64,000 nt of DNA, taken from assembly GCA_020348985.1 (NCBI GenBank), contig CP070761.1, positions 1,553,249 through 1,617,248 on the forward strand. The letters are read 5' to 3'. Position 1 is the first letter of the stretch, and every line of letters starts with the position of its first letter. A model generated the notes under the pieces. The model saw only the letters and a list, made by a program, of their open reading frames with translations. It made no database searches and had not been told where the DNA came from. This stretch comes from Candidatus Thorarchaeota archaeon (lineage in GTDB: Archaea; Asgardarchaeota; Thorarchaeia; Thorarchaeales; Thorarchaeaceae). Made by a program: the position numbers and the translations under genes. Below, piece after piece: positions 36,100 through 46,680 of the stretch.

Positions 36100-38931
36100 A
36101 TGTTCCTGCTTTCAAGACTTTTGTCAAGGGCACCTCAAGTCATGGCGACATTCTTGATCTTTTCATTGGCTTCAGGCATTCTAGGAGGAATTCTCTTCTA
36201 CATGGACAGTGTAGGTCCTGATGTCTTCGCTGATATGACTGAAGACGTACCTGTGGACATGGAGATACATTTCACTTACCAGTTCTATCGCCAGAACGAA
36301 ACGACCGTCGCGGACGTCATGGCAGTAGTTCATGAGCAAGACGCCGTGATTGCGGCCGAGAATGTTAAAGTAGTAGAGTACTGGGATTGGTCGGAAGAGG
36401 AGTGGTACTATGACTGGGGATATATCATGGGAATGGACATGGCCGTGTTTGAGACCTTCCCAGACGTCATTCAGGCATCAGAAGATGCGCCTCCGCTGAC
36501 ATCCAGTACATGCTACGTGGAAAAGGGGACGCTTGTTCGTAGGGGATTGAGTATTGGTGACAATTTCACTGTGACGGCAGAGTCTTATCTGTACAATGGA
36601 ACACATGTTGAGGTCACCAGGGAGTTTGAGATTACTGGTACATTTGAGACAGAAATGTTCAGGGACTACTATTGGGACATTGGTGACGTCACACTCCTAA
36701 GAATGATAACCTCAACAGAGGGCATAAATGAGAATTTCGGTGACTTGGGTGGTGGGGAATGGCAGGGGATCTCTGACAGAATATGGGTTGGATTTGATCA
36801 CGATGCTGTTCTCCAGGCAGATCCAAGTATTGCCGCCGAGAACCTCGATAATGCTAGAAAACGAATCGAGCAGGCAGTCTTACCGTATGCCGTGGTGGGA
36901 TGGAGTGGATTTGGACTACTAGACTCCGTAATCGAATATCAGTCCTGGTCCATTATGATGAGAGTAATAGCACTCTCGTTTTCTGTGCCTAGCATCGTAA
37001 TGGGAATCATGCTGATTCAGTACAACACAAAGCTGCTTGAGGACGAAAGAAGACGAAATGTTGGAACGATAAAGACACGTGGGTCTTCAGGATGGCAAGC
37101 CTTCAGATGGGTACTTAGCAGTGCTTTACTTGTAGGCGTCCTAGGCAGCACAGGTGCAATTGCAGTGGGTGCCCTCTCAGCGTTGGTCTCGGGCACTGTG
37201 AGAACTCTGTTGACTTTCGATCTTTCAAGGCTCTCAGAATTCTCCCTATTCCTGTCCCCCGAAGCCCTTGCCATTGTATTCTCTTTCTCATTCGTCGTTG
37301 GACTGCTTGTTTCGCTCCCTCCTGCGGTCAAGGCTCTTCTAATGACTCCGACAGAAGCTCACAGTGAGATAGAAAGAGAAGTGCTTCTAGGCAAAGAGAA
37401 TCTTGGGAATGTCGGCATAGACATTGCAGCCACTATTCTCTCAGGATATGCACTGATGCCTATGTTCATGATCCTAAGCTACCCCTACTACTCATTGATA
37501 TCAGTCGTCTACATGTTGGCGACCATGTTACCTTTCTTCGTTGTCTTCATGGTGGCCGCAGCTCGGTTGTTGTCTCGACCTATGTCAGCTATCAAGGCAA
37601 AGGTCCTTGACAGATTCAGAAGAATGCCACTTGTCGTTGGCTCAAGACTGATGTCTCGGTCTGTGACTTTGTTCAAGAAGAGTGAAGCAATGGGGGCTAT
37701 GTTTGTTGCCATGGTCTTCGCGGCAGGCATGTTCTCCTCCATTTCGGCGACGACAGCCTACACGCATACTGAGGAGTTGTTCTACTTCCAAGTAGGCGGG
37801 GACATTTCGGTCAATGTGAAGTCCGCCGCGACAAACATAACAATTGACCTGCTCTCAAGCGTTACAGAAGTCCCTGGTATTGCGGAAGCTAGCGGAATGT
37901 TTGAGATAACAGCATACATGGGCTACTATCAAGCCTACTCCTATGGGGCATCGCGCTTGTTCCAAAACGTCTCAGTTACGGTGTTCGGCGTTCAACCAGA
38001 ACTCTGGATAGACACAGGATATTGGCTGCCCTACTTCACTTATGAAGACAGCCCTTTGAATTCACTATCTGCCGTTTCGTCAAGCAATGCGACAATCCTC
38101 ACGGACTTCAAGCCGCTAGATCACTACGCCATGAACAATCTGGGTCAAATCTACCCAGTCTACTCCAGCTCCGCAACGCTGTATTTTGCTGGTTACAACG
38201 GAACATGGGTGAATGACGTTACAATACAGGATGTTGTTTCCAGCACACTGGAAGACTATGGAGTCAACTACCTCCCAGGAGAGCTCAATGCACAAAGATT
38301 CGTTGTCATGAATTTGGAATATCTTCACGAGGTCTATAATACGACACGCATAAGCAAGATCAATGTCAAACTGGAAGCCGGAGCAAACTACACCTCAGTC
38401 ATTCAAGAATTGTGGGCCCTTTCGCCCTCCAGTTTTTCGTCAATTGAGTGTGCTAGACTGGGAATTGAGGGCTCATTGGACACCAGGGCGAGTCAGACCG
38501 TATACGGTGTGTACACACTCAACATGGTTTTCTCGCTGATGTTCCTCACAATGGGAATGACACTTGTTGCGACTATTAGGATTAGAAATCTGAGAAAGCA
38601 GCTCTCAGTTCTGAGGGCTTTGGGCGCTGACCGAAGATCTCTGGTTGTACCTATTCTGATTGATGTGTCAGTTGGCATCATCATTGCGGCGTTGATAGGC
38701 ACGATAATTGGCGTTCTCCTAACTGTCTTGATCATCAACATACCATTGGCATTCATTGGTACCTCTACGGCAAGTTTGTGGACCAGGCTGCCGGTATTCA
38801 TGGTAGTTCCAGGATTCCTTGTAGTTGGAGTAATTGCAGCCAGTTTTCTCTTCTCGTTAGGATCAACATATGTTGTGACGGCTCGTAATCTAAGGAAAAA
38901 CATAGCCGAAGAAATACAATACTTGGAGTGA
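36100..38931 (+). CDS. FtsX/MacB-family ABC permease, duplicated architecture
   Basis: ERRRNVGTIKTRGSS and KQLSVLRALGA repeats; adjacent to the previous permease. Confidence 0.88.
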   Translation: MFLLSRLLSRAPQVMATFLIFSLASGILGGILFYMDSVGPDVFADMTEDVPVDMEIHFTYQFYRQNETTVADVMAVVHEQDAVIAAENVKVVEYWDWSEEEWYYDWGYIMGMDMAVFETFPDVIQASEDAPPLTSSTCYVEKGTLVRRGLSIGDNFTVTAESYLYNGTHVEVTREFEITGTFETEMFRDYYWDIGDVTLLRMITSTEGINENFGDLGGGEWQGISDRIWVGFDHDAVLQADPSIAAENLDNARKRIEQAVLPYAVVGWSGFGLLDSVIEYQSWSIMMRVIALSFSVPSIVMGIMLIQYNTKLLEDERRRNVGTIKTRGSSGWQAFRWVLSSALLVGVLGSTGAIAVGALSALVSGTVRTLLTFDLSRLSEFSLFLSPEALAIVFSFSFVVGLLVSLPPAVKALLMTPTEAHSEIEREVLLGKENLGNVGIDIAATILSGYALMPMFMILSYPYYSLISVVYMLATMLPFFVVFMVAAARLLSRPMSAIKAKVLDRFRRMPLVVGSRLMSRSVTLFKKSEAMGAMFVAMVFAAGMFSSISATTAYTHTEELFYFQVGGDISVNVKSAATNITIDLLSSVTEVPGIAEASGMFEITAYMGYYQAYSYGASRLFQNVSVTVFGVQPELWIDTGYWLPYFTYEDSPLNSLSAVSSSNATILTDFKPLDHYAMNNLGQIYPVYSSSATLYFAGYNGTWVNDVTIQDVVSSTLEDYGVNYLPGELNAQRFVVMNLEYLHEVYNTTRISKINVKLEAGANYTSVIQELWALSPSSFSSIECARLGIEGSLDTRASQTVYGVYTLNMVFSLMFLTMGMTLVATIRIRNLRKQLSVLRALGADRRSLVVPILIDVSVGIIIAALIGTIIGVLLTVLIINIPLAFIGTSTASLWTRLPVFMVVPGFLVVGVIAASFLFSLGSTYVVTARNLRKNIAEEIQYLE

Positions 38932-39818
38932 CAGAAATGACAGAGAACCTTGAACAAGTCGCAAAGGAACACAAGCTTGTGATTCGGGACCTGATGAAGG
39001 TCTATCGTAGAGGATTGAAGGAGGTTATTGCCCTCAGGGGTCTTGACTTTGAAGTAAGGCCCAGGGAGTTCCTTTCGATCGTGGGTCCAAGTGGTTCCGG
39101 TAAGTCAACACTACTGAAACTTATCGGTGCTCTTGATAAGCCAACAGCGGGAACGATACTCTACGACGGATTCAGTGTTACGCTGCTGGACGACCGCAGA
39201 TCCATGATGTATCGTAGACAGAAGGTCGGCTTTGTATGGCAAACGGGAAACTTGGTGCCGGGGTTGACAGCTTTGAAGAATGTCTTGCTGCCAATGAGAC
39301 TTGCAGGAGCACCGAAGAAGGCGGCAGAAAAGAGAGCCCGAATGCTTCTCAGGGTGATGGGTCTTGAGAAGAGGATGACACATCGGCCGCATCAGCTTAG
39401 CGGTGGGGAGAACCAGAGAGTCGCGATCTGTGTAGCTCTTGCGAACAATCCTGAGCTCCTGTTGGCGGATGAGATAACGGGCGAGCTTGACACGGAAACA
39501 ACCCAAATGGTCATGGACACTCTGAAGAAGACTAACGAGGAGTTCGATACAACCATTGTCAATGTAACTCACAACCCGCGGGTTGCAGAGTATGCTGATC
39601 GAGTCTTACACATTCGTGATGGTTTGATTGAGGGACAAAAACACGTTCTCTACGGCGACATTACCGAGATAGATGCGAAGGGCCGGATGGTGATTCCAGA
39701 GACTGTAAGACGATTGGCAGGCATTGGAAAGAGAGTTGTCCTGAAAGTCACTTCGGATGGGATCCTGGTCAGCTCCCTGCGAACCGATGAAGATGAGGTC
39801 TCGGCAGGATCCAAGTAG
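38928..39818 (+). CDS. ABC ATP-binding protein with C-terminal AbrB/SpoVT-like domain
   Basis: GPSGSGKS, LSGGENQR, ADEITGELD; tail IDAKGRMVIPETVRRLAGI...VVLKVTSDGILV. Confidence 0.88.
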   Translation: MTEMTENLEQVAKEHKLVIRDLMKVYRRGLKEVIALRGLDFEVRPREFLSIVGPSGSGKSTLLKLIGALDKPTAGTILYDGFSVTLLDDRRSMMYRRQKVGFVWQTGNLVPGLTALKNVLLPMRLAGAPKKAAEKRARMLLRVMGLEKRMTHRPHQLSGGENQRVAICVALANNPELLLADEITGELDTETTQMVMDTLKKTNEEFDTTIVNVTHNPRVAEYADRVLHIRDGLIEGQKHVLYGDITEIDAKGRMVIPETVRRLAGIGKRVVLKVTSDGILVSSLRTDEDEVSAGSK

Positions 39819-39893
39819 CGAAAAAAGGCCCCTTCAGGGCAATTGGGGCAACGTCTATATTACCGCCCAAAGCTTGACTTGTTGGTCAATAAA

Positions 39894-40133
39894 ATGTCAG
39901 CAACTTCCATGCCATGGTCATTCTATGCAATCATAGTGACATTCGCCATTTTCTTCTTCAGTCTTAACGTGTACATCGCAACTGTGCTTCTTGCTCATCC
40001 TTGGGCAAGTCCGTATTGGCTGATAGGCGTTGTAGGTGGGTTGATTGGACTCATTTTTTCATATCGGATGGTTCGTATTCATCAGAGGGAGCTGATTGAT
40101 AGAAAGAAGATGCAGGAAACTGAAACAGCCTGA
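39894..40133 (+). CDS. Small 2-TM membrane protein
   Basis: ATG 39894 (MSATSMPW...); two hydrophobic helices and a charged tail. Confidence 0.7.
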   Translation: MSATSMPWSFYAIIVTFAIFFFSLNVYIATVLLAHPWASPYWLIGVVGGLIGLIFSYRMVRIHQRELIDRKKMQETETA

Positions 40134-40153
40134 TTGACTTGTGAGTTCCTGCC

Positions 40154-41461
40154 TCAAGGATAAATCCTGCTTACGGTACGTGGGAAGGGAATACAGTCCC
40201 GAATGTGTTCGAGCTCAAGCATCCACGTCATAAGCCGATCCATCCCTACTCCGAATCCAGAGTGCTGGACACTGCCATATCTGCGGATGTCGATATACCA
40301 CTTGTACTTCTCTGGGTCGTCTCCAATCCTGTTGAGGTTGTCAATGATGAGCTGGGCATCAGTTTCCCGCTCGCTACCACCAATCATTTCTCCATAACCC
40401 TGGGGAGCCAGCAAATCATCATTCTTGTAGGTCCGAGGATCGTCCTCATTGTTTTTCATGTAGAAACTCTTGATTTCCTTAGGATAGTACTCTATGAACA
40501 AGAACTTCTCTCGATCATCGGTCAGAATATGCTCAGCTTCGGTCCTGAGGTCTTCGCCCCATTCGATCTTCAATCCTTCACTTTGACAAACATCTATTGC
40601 TTCCGTATATGTCATCCTGTCAAACGGAGGATTGACCACCAATAGACGGTCTCTATCTACCCCCAACTCGGTGAGCTCATCCACTCTGTTGTTTGCTACT
40701 GAATGACACATGAAGCTGATGAGCTCCTCTTGACGCTTGAGGTTGCATTCGTGATCACACCACGCCTCCTCGACCTCAAGATGCCAGTACTCCGTGAGAT
40801 GCTTGCGTGTCCTAGACTTCTCTGCTCTAAAAGACGGAGCCAAGATGAACACCTTCTCCATGGCGAAGAGCTGAGGTTCGAGGTGCATCTGACTTGTCTG
40901 AGTAAGGTAGACCTTTCTCCCAAAGTACTCAACTTCGAAAAGCTCCGCACCTTCCTCGCCCATTGTAGATACGAACATCGGAGAGGTGGTCTCATAGAAG
41001 CCCTCTTTCCTGAGGTATTCTCTGGCAGAACTGAACACTTCGTCTCGAATCTTCAGAACGTTCGTGAGCTTGCGCGATCTCATCCACAGGTGTCGATTGT
41101 CATTCAGGAACTCGGTGCTTTGGTTCTCGGTTATCGGGAACTCCTCTGCGAAATGCAATATTCTGATTTCCTCAATCTGTACTTCGAAGCCACCCTCAGC
41201 TCTAGGATCAGCCTTCACAGTCCCCTTCATCGAGACAAGAGACTCGATCAGCATTCTCTGTACATCGGCGTAAACATCTTCACCCACTGCTTTGGGCTTT
41301 GCAACGGTCTGAACGACGCCTGTAGGGTCACGTAGAAGGATAAAGACCATCTTCTTCTGCTTGCGGATTCGATGAACCCAGCCGCGGAGCATGACCGTCT
41401 TTCCTTCCATTTCACCCTTGAGCACGTCACCCACGTGGATGTACTTCATTCTAAGCACCAT
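40154..41461 (-). CDS. asnS: Asparagine--tRNA ligase
   Basis: OB fold (LRGWVHRIR, LRDPTG), EEGAELF, YLTQTSQ, FRAEKSRTRKHLTEYW, GEMIGGSERE, YGSVQHSGFG, PFPR. Confidence 0.92.
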   Translation of the reverse strand: MVLRMKYIHVGDVLKGEMEGKTVMLRGWVHRIRKQKKMVFILLRDPTGVVQTVAKPKAVGEDVYADVQRMLIESLVSMKGTVKADPRAEGGFEVQIEEIRILHFAEEFPITENQSTEFLNDNRHLWMRSRKLTNVLKIRDEVFSSAREYLRKEGFYETTSPMFVSTMGEEGAELFEVEYFGRKVYLTQTSQMHLEPQLFAMEKVFILAPSFRAEKSRTRKHLTEYWHLEVEEAWCDHECNLKRQEELISFMCHSVANNRVDELTELGVDRDRLLVVNPPFDRMTYTEAIDVCQSEGLKIEWGEDLRTEAEHILTDDREKFLFIEYYPKEIKSFYMKNNEDDPRTYKNDDLLAPQGYGEMIGGSERETDAQLIIDNLNRIGDDPEKYKWYIDIRRYGSVQHSGFGVGMDRLMTWMLELEHIRDCIPFPRTVSRIYP

Positions 41462-41592
41462 AATACTAGCATCAACGAATTGAAGTTGAGCTGAAATGCC
41501 CAGCCAAGGACTGGATAAAAGGCTGACGGAGCCCTCAGACTAGAGAATCTGCGGGACGGTCTGCAATACATGCTGACCTTGGGCTCCCATGT

Positions 41593-43512
41593 CTACCTGT
41601 ATCTGAAGTACCAGACTGCAAACACTATCAACAAGGCGCATCCAGCTACAGCCGCAATGAACAAGCCATAAGTGATAATGGTGGGCGGAGTCACAACGAC
41701 CATCACAGAGGCCCTTGCTGAATTGCCTCCCAAGTCGTACACTGTGAGCACAACGAAGTGTGCTCCTTCAGACAGACCTGCGAAATCAAACTCGATTGTT
41801 TCAGAAGTCCAGTCGCTTTCTTCGACTAGGAATCCATCAACAGTGATGTTGTATGAGAGCATGAAGTCGTCATGGGCAGTCCAGTTCCGCATCACGCTAC
41901 TCGCCCCACGTACATAATAGACAGTCGAGGGGACGTACGAGAAGACAGGAGCAGTGTTGTCAGTCTTTACAGTGACAGTAACGTTGTCAAATGCAGCATT
42001 GCCACTGGTATCGTTTGCCATGAAGGTGTACACATGAACTCCTATTTCCAAGATGCCCAGTCCGATCTCAACAAATGGGGCTTCGGGGTCAAGTTCACCC
42101 TCATAGACCAATTCGCCGTCGAGAGATACATTGTATTTGTTCAGGTTGTCATCTGTAACATTCCATCTCAAGGCGTGGCCTGTCTCGGTGTAGAAGAAGT
42201 CGATGTCGTCGGGCCCTTCGATGACAGGAAAAACATCCTCATAGATTCTTAGCTCTATGATATCCTCTGCGATGTTTCCGTTCTGGTCGGAAGCGACAAG
42301 CTTGATTTCATAGACACCAATTGCGGTGCCAGTGACATTAAACGTATACTCGAAAGTCGAGTTAGTCCATGCCAGAGTTGTATTGCGTACTTGGTCAATG
42401 AACACTTCAATACCACTTGGGTGTTCGTCGTAGAGTTGCCATGTGACAGTTATGTTCTCAGTGTCAAAGAGAAACTCTTGGTCTCCAGGACTGGTGAGAA
42501 CCGGATCTCTAATGTCTGCGGACACCACCGTTAGATTGTATGAGTAGTTTCCAAGTCCAATCGGTAGGCCTGCATAGCGTACAGTCCAGTTTATGAAATC
42601 AACCGGCAAGTCGAGAAACATCGCGGTTCCATTGGACGGAGTGTCTTGGGATTCTATGAGAGTTCCGTTGTAGTATGTGACATTTACTTGAGCACCTGCT
42701 ATAGGATCGAGTGAAGTCTCGTAGTATGTAAACACTTCGAGATCATAGTAGTCAGGGTCGCCGCTAATCGGGCCAATTGTCTGGTGTACTAGCTTAAGTG
42801 TTCCATCAGAGACAAAGTCGCCCTGATCGACTACCGTGCCGGTATAGCTTCCCTGCATCACTGTAACATAGTAAGTGTAGTTTCCTTCGGTGATATTCAT
42901 GAACGTTGCAGTCCCGTTTCCATCAACTAGCACTTCGTCCCAAGTGGTGTTGGTGTCACGACTATAGACTGTGAAGTTCAAACCTTCAGCGGGATTTCCA
43001 TCAATGTCAGTAACAGTGGCGTTGAAGTCGTCGTCGTTGTTTTCCCAATCAAGGTTTCCGAGCTCGTATGACGTAAAGACCTCAGGACCATCAGACACCA
43101 GCATTCCGTCTTCATGGACACTAGGATCCTGACTCCAAGTCACATTCCAGATGTATGTGCCTTGAGGAACATTGTAGAAGACCGCCGAGCCATCTCCACC
43201 TATGGTGAGCTCTGAATCATATAGAGTCAAGTCAGTGGCATTGTAGAGAGACACATTGGCCTGAGCAACAATGTGAGTGTGATTCCTAACGAAGAATATG
43301 AAATCGTCATCATTGAATCCATAATCAGTTGGAGGATTCACATAGTTGAAAGTCTCATTTGTCACCACAAGATCTGTCGCAGCTAGAACCGGGGTCGGCT
43401 CGAGGATTCTGAGTTCCGCTGCAGGATTCTCCGTTGCTAAGAAGGGAGTCAGAGCACTGCCCAGAAACAGCAACACTACGACAATTGAAATTGCGCGCTT
43501 TGCGGTGTTCAT
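41593..43512 (-). CDS. Secreted beta-sandwich repeat surface glycoprotein with C-terminal TM anchor
   Basis: Signal peptide, repeated Ig-like units (W...D...Y...G.Y/H......D..GN), many N-x-S/T, terminal TM followed by RYR. Confidence 0.85.
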   Translation of the reverse strand: MNTAKRAISIVVVLLFLGSALTPFLATENPAAELRILEPTPVLAATDLVVTNETFNYVNPPTDYGFNDDDFIFFVRNHTHIVAQANVSLYNATDLTLYDSELTIGGDGSAVFYNVPQGTYIWNVTWSQDPSVHEDGMLVSDGPEVFTSYELGNLDWENNDDDFNATVTDIDGNPAEGLNFTVYSRDTNTTWDEVLVDGNGTATFMNITEGNYTYYVTVMQGSYTGTVVDQGDFVSDGTLKLVHQTIGPISGDPDYYDLEVFTYYETSLDPIAGAQVNVTYYNGTLIESQDTPSNGTAMFLDLPVDFINWTVRYAGLPIGLGNYSYNLTVVSADIRDPVLTSPGDQEFLFDTENITVTWQLYDEHPSGIEVFIDQVRNTTLAWTNSTFEYTFNVTGTAIGVYEIKLVASDQNGNIAEDIIELRIYEDVFPVIEGPDDIDFFYTETGHALRWNVTDDNLNKYNVSLDGELVYEGELDPEAPFVEIGLGILEIGVHVYTFMANDTSGNAAFDNVTVTVKTDNTAPVFSYVPSTVYYVRGASSVMRNWTAHDDFMLSYNITVDGFLVEESDWTSETIEFDFAGLSEGAHFVVLTVYDLGGNSARASVMVVVTPPTIITYGLFIAAVAGCALLIVFAVWYFRYR

Positions 43513-43698
43513 CCAAAGTCACACTCATTGCCTGAAATGGTCTACTGCATGACCATCTCGCGACTTGGCGCGTCGAACCTCCACCTCTCATAAAAGGGTT
43601 TTCATAGTCCAAGTGGAGTATCATGCTAACACCGATGGTGTTCATCAACCCATTCCTGAAGCATGTCCGTAATTGTTGCACCAACTGTACCGTCACTC

Positions 43699-43880
43699 CT
43701 ACCTCGATGTTCGAATGAGCAGCTTGACGAAAGGGATTATCATGAAGTCCCACTCTGTTTTCAAACGTTCGCCTGTATCGCGGAACCCCATCCTTAGCCA
43801 GAAGCCGTAAGACTTCCATGGCACCCCTTGTGCATTCTCAGTTGTGTCAGTTTCTATGCGTGTCAGCCCAGAACCACGGC
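43699..43880 (-). pseudogene. GNAT acetyltransferase C-terminal remnant
   Basis: Manual translation GLTRIETDTTENAQGVPWKSYGFWLRMGFRDTGERLKTEWDFMIIPFVKLL* matches the GNAT FWxxxGF motif. No in-frame start codon or GNAT-like sequence upstream. Confidence 0.6.
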
Positions 43881-44040
43881 CAACGAAGAAACGACACCAC
43901 GATCTGAACCTTCTATGGCTTGATCCTTTGCCGAGATTCAGAGTGTATGAAGGATGATCAGATAAGTATCTGCCATCGCGTATCTCGCCAGACCGTCTCT
44001 GTACCTGAACTTCCGTCCAAGTCAGCTTCGAAGGGTGTAA

Positions 44041-44184
44041 TCAGACCAAGAAGTTGCCAACAAAATGTACAGCAATAATCGCTGCGAACACACATATCCA
44101 GCAGAAGGGAAAACCTAGCTTCACTGGGCAGTTTCCACATAATCCAGATTTCTTTGCCTTCTCGATGTTTTTGGACTCAGTCAT
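44041..44184 (-). CDS. Small membrane peptide (47 aa) with two CxxC motifs
   Basis: MTESKNIEKAKKSGLCGNCPVKLGFPFCWICVFAAIIAVHFVGNFLV; AGGAG upstream of the ATG. Confidence 0.55.
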   Translation of the reverse strand: MTESKNIEKAKKSGLCGNCPVKLGFPFCWICVFAAIIAVHFVGNFLV

Positions 44185-44595
44185 AGCTCTTAATCTCCTA
44201 GAAGCGCATCTGTCCAAGTATGCTTTGAATGTCCATATGTATATTTCGATTCTTAACTAGTGATTAACACTTAGTTACAAACAGAACCTATCGGGTTTCA
44301 ATCATGAGGCCGAGGTGCTTTGGAGATTTCAAATGGTAACTTAATGAGACACGTACTCATATTAGCAGCATTGCTCTAATCAAGTAGATATCTCGAAAGG
44401 CACTGGCGCTTTCATATACTGAACACAGGAACTATCAGAATGTACGAGCTTTGCGATCTATCTGACAAGGGCAGACTTCGATGATCCTGTAACCGTCACT
44501 CCGTCATCTGATGTTCTGAGTTAGGTATTTGATGCAAAACAATAAAATGTCGCCGCGAGAAAATCGGTGTTTACGAAACTTGGGAGAGAAGCGGA

Positions 44596-45780
44596 TTGTT
44601 CAGCGCCCCGGCTAGAATGTTGAAAGCTTTTCTTGATGGACTCCATCCAGACCTGTCGCGGACATTTCTGCCTTGGATTATAAAACATCCGAGATACTTG
44701 AAAGCGGCAATTCCTTTGGCCCACTCGTTCCGGGAGGCTACCAAGAGGCGTGATCAGCTCAGGTCTGAGAAGCTTAGAATACCTCCGGTTCTGATCCTGT
44801 CAGTAACTTCAAGCTGTAATCTACGCTGTGTGGGGTGCTATGCAGCCGCAACAGGAACAGTTTCACAAGAATCTCAACGAGAACCACACAAAGAAAACCA
44901 TCAATTAGATTTGGACAAGTGGCGATCGGTTCTAAATGAGGCCAGACAACTAGGCGTCTTTGGCTTCATAATAGCAGGTGGCGAACCATTCCTGTATCAG
45001 GGGATTCTTGAACTATGTATGGAATTCAAGGACAGATTCTTTCTCATAGTTACAAACGGTACCACGATGAATGAGTCACACTTCAAGCTTCTAAGACGGG
45101 TATCGAATGTTGCAATGATAATCAGCCTGGAAGGAGACGCCTCAGCCACTGACAGCCGCCGAGGGCCTGGTGTTTACAAGAGAATCATGTCATCTTTCAA
45201 ACGACTCTGGGCCATTGGAGTCTTGACGGGATTCTCAGCGACGGTGACTCGTGAGAACTTCGAGTATTGGGCTGATACTGAATCACTTCACCGATTGTGG
45301 AAGAAAGGACTCAGAATAGGTGTCTTCATAGAGTACATCCCTAGCAACAATGGAAACGATGGGACTCGTCAGTCGCTTTCACCATGTTCGGATGAGGGTC
45401 TCATGCTCAATCAAGAAGAAAGAGCGAGATTCCGCTACCACGTAATCCAATATCGGGAGAACAACCCGATGGTGGTCATACATTCCCCAAATGATGAGAA
45501 GTACTACGGTGGATGTGTGTCAGCAGGGCAAGGATTCGCCCATGTGACTCCATCAGGAGACGTGACAGCATGTCCCGTCTCCAACCTGGCGACTCACAGT
45601 CTGCGAAACAGCAGTTTGCGAGAAGCGCTTGCCAGTCCACTCTTCATTGAAATTCGAAAGAACGGTCACCTTCTCGAGGATCACGATCTTCCTTGTGCCC
45701 TACTATCACATGAGGACGAAGTAATGGCCTTGGCTAGGTCTGTGGGTGCATATCGGACTGACACGAGAGAGCCTGTGTAA
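44596..45780 (+). CDS. Radical SAM protein with SPASM/twitch-like C-terminus
   Basis: CNLRCVGCY, GGEP, TNGT, ISLEG, GGCVSAG...G.VTACP...C. Confidence 0.9.
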   Translation: MFSAPARMLKAFLDGLHPDLSRTFLPWIIKHPRYLKAAIPLAHSFREATKRRDQLRSEKLRIPPVLILSVTSSCNLRCVGCYAAATGTVSQESQREPHKENHQLDLDKWRSVLNEARQLGVFGFIIAGGEPFLYQGILELCMEFKDRFFLIVTNGTTMNESHFKLLRRVSNVAMIISLEGDASATDSRRGPGVYKRIMSSFKRLWAIGVLTGFSATVTRENFEYWADTESLHRLWKKGLRIGVFIEYIPSNNGNDGTRQSLSPCSDEGLMLNQEERARFRYHVIQYRENNPMVVIHSPNDEKYYGGCVSAGQGFAHVTPSGDVTACPVSNLATHSLRNSSLREALASPLFIEIRKNGHLLEDHDLPCALLSHEDEVMALARSVGAYRTDTREPV

Positions 45781-45788
45781 AGAAAGGC

Positions 45789-46307
45789 TCACGCGCTCTC
45801 ATGAGTGTGAGGATACTCGTGGTCCAGTTTGTGGAGTCGTTCGTATACGTGCTTAATGTTGTTCCAACAGCCCGGACGTCTGTAGACGATGGCGAACTCA
45901 TCTGCTTTGTGTGCGAACTTCTCCCAGAAGCCAATCAGAGCAATCGCTGTGGTTTCAGGCATAAAGTCTATCTCTATGAACCTCTTCCTAACTAGGGTGC
46001 TCAGTCCGTCGAAGTATGACCCAACTCGAGTGAATTTGGCAAATGAATCAGGATTTGCCTCCGGCCCATACTTGGCAAAGAAATCTTCAACACTGCTATA
46101 GCTGTATGTCTGGACCTCGTTCATGTCCTTGATGAATTCCTTGTCGTATAGTAGCCTGTGGAACTCCAGGAATATCCCCAGTCTCCTTGCCCTAGTGAAT
46201 CGCCTAATCGTGTTGAGAGTGGCAATAATGCCAATGATTACACTGGCCAATCCAAGTATTGAGGATACGGCTGTCAAGTCTATCTGCAATTGCCAGCACC
46301 GACACAA
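45789..46307 (-). CDS. N-terminally anchored hypothetical protein (DUF4760-like)
   Basis: One TM, then FFAKYGPE...YFDGLSTLVRK; start uncertain. Confidence 0.6.
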   Translation of the reverse strand: MCRCWQLQIDLTAVSSILGLASVIIGIIATLNTIRRFTRARRLGIFLEFHRLLYDKEFIKDMNEVQTYSYSSVEDFFAKYGPEANPDSFAKFTRVGSYFDGLSTLVRKRFIEIDFMPETTAIALIGFWEKFAHKADEFAIVYRRPGCWNNIKHVYERLHKLDHEYPHTHESA

Positions 46308-46393
46308 TCAATCCCTACTGCCATTAAAATCCTACGTGTCAAACAGAAGAGAAATCCTCCGCAATCCTTGCTCGAAAGCCATATGACTTATCA

Positions 46394-46669
46394 ATGCCAA
46401 TTCCTAGACCCCTCAATGGAAGCAGAATGATGCAAGAAGAGAGAGAAGAAAGCAAGCGGAAGAAGGCGGTAATGAAGATCAAGGGAGCCGTTCGTGCTTT
46501 CGATGACCATTGTCTGTGGCGAACACGCTTGGACTTCTTGTGTGATGAGTGCAATGGGAGAATGAGACCTGGTGGGCATTTTAAGACGAAGATAGGCACT
46601 CGAGAGTATCAGTTCTGCAAAGAAGAATGCATGGAAGCCTATGTTGCCAAGCATGGTCAAGCCAACTAG
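46394..46669 (+). CDS. Small TRASH/YHS-like metal-binding protein
   Basis: CDEC...YQFCKEECMEAY. Confidence 0.6.
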   Translation: MPIPRPLNGSRMMQEEREESKRKKAVMKIKGAVRAFDDHCLWRTRLDFLCDECNGRMRPGGHFKTKIGTREYQFCKEECMEAYVAKHGQAN

Positions 46670-46680
46670 AGACGCTCTGT

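Noticed and set aside
43355-43819. 154-aa ORF as a possible transposase fragment
   Set aside because: No DDE/HUH motif or terminal repeats; it overlaps a real gene and lies in another frame of the GNAT remnant.
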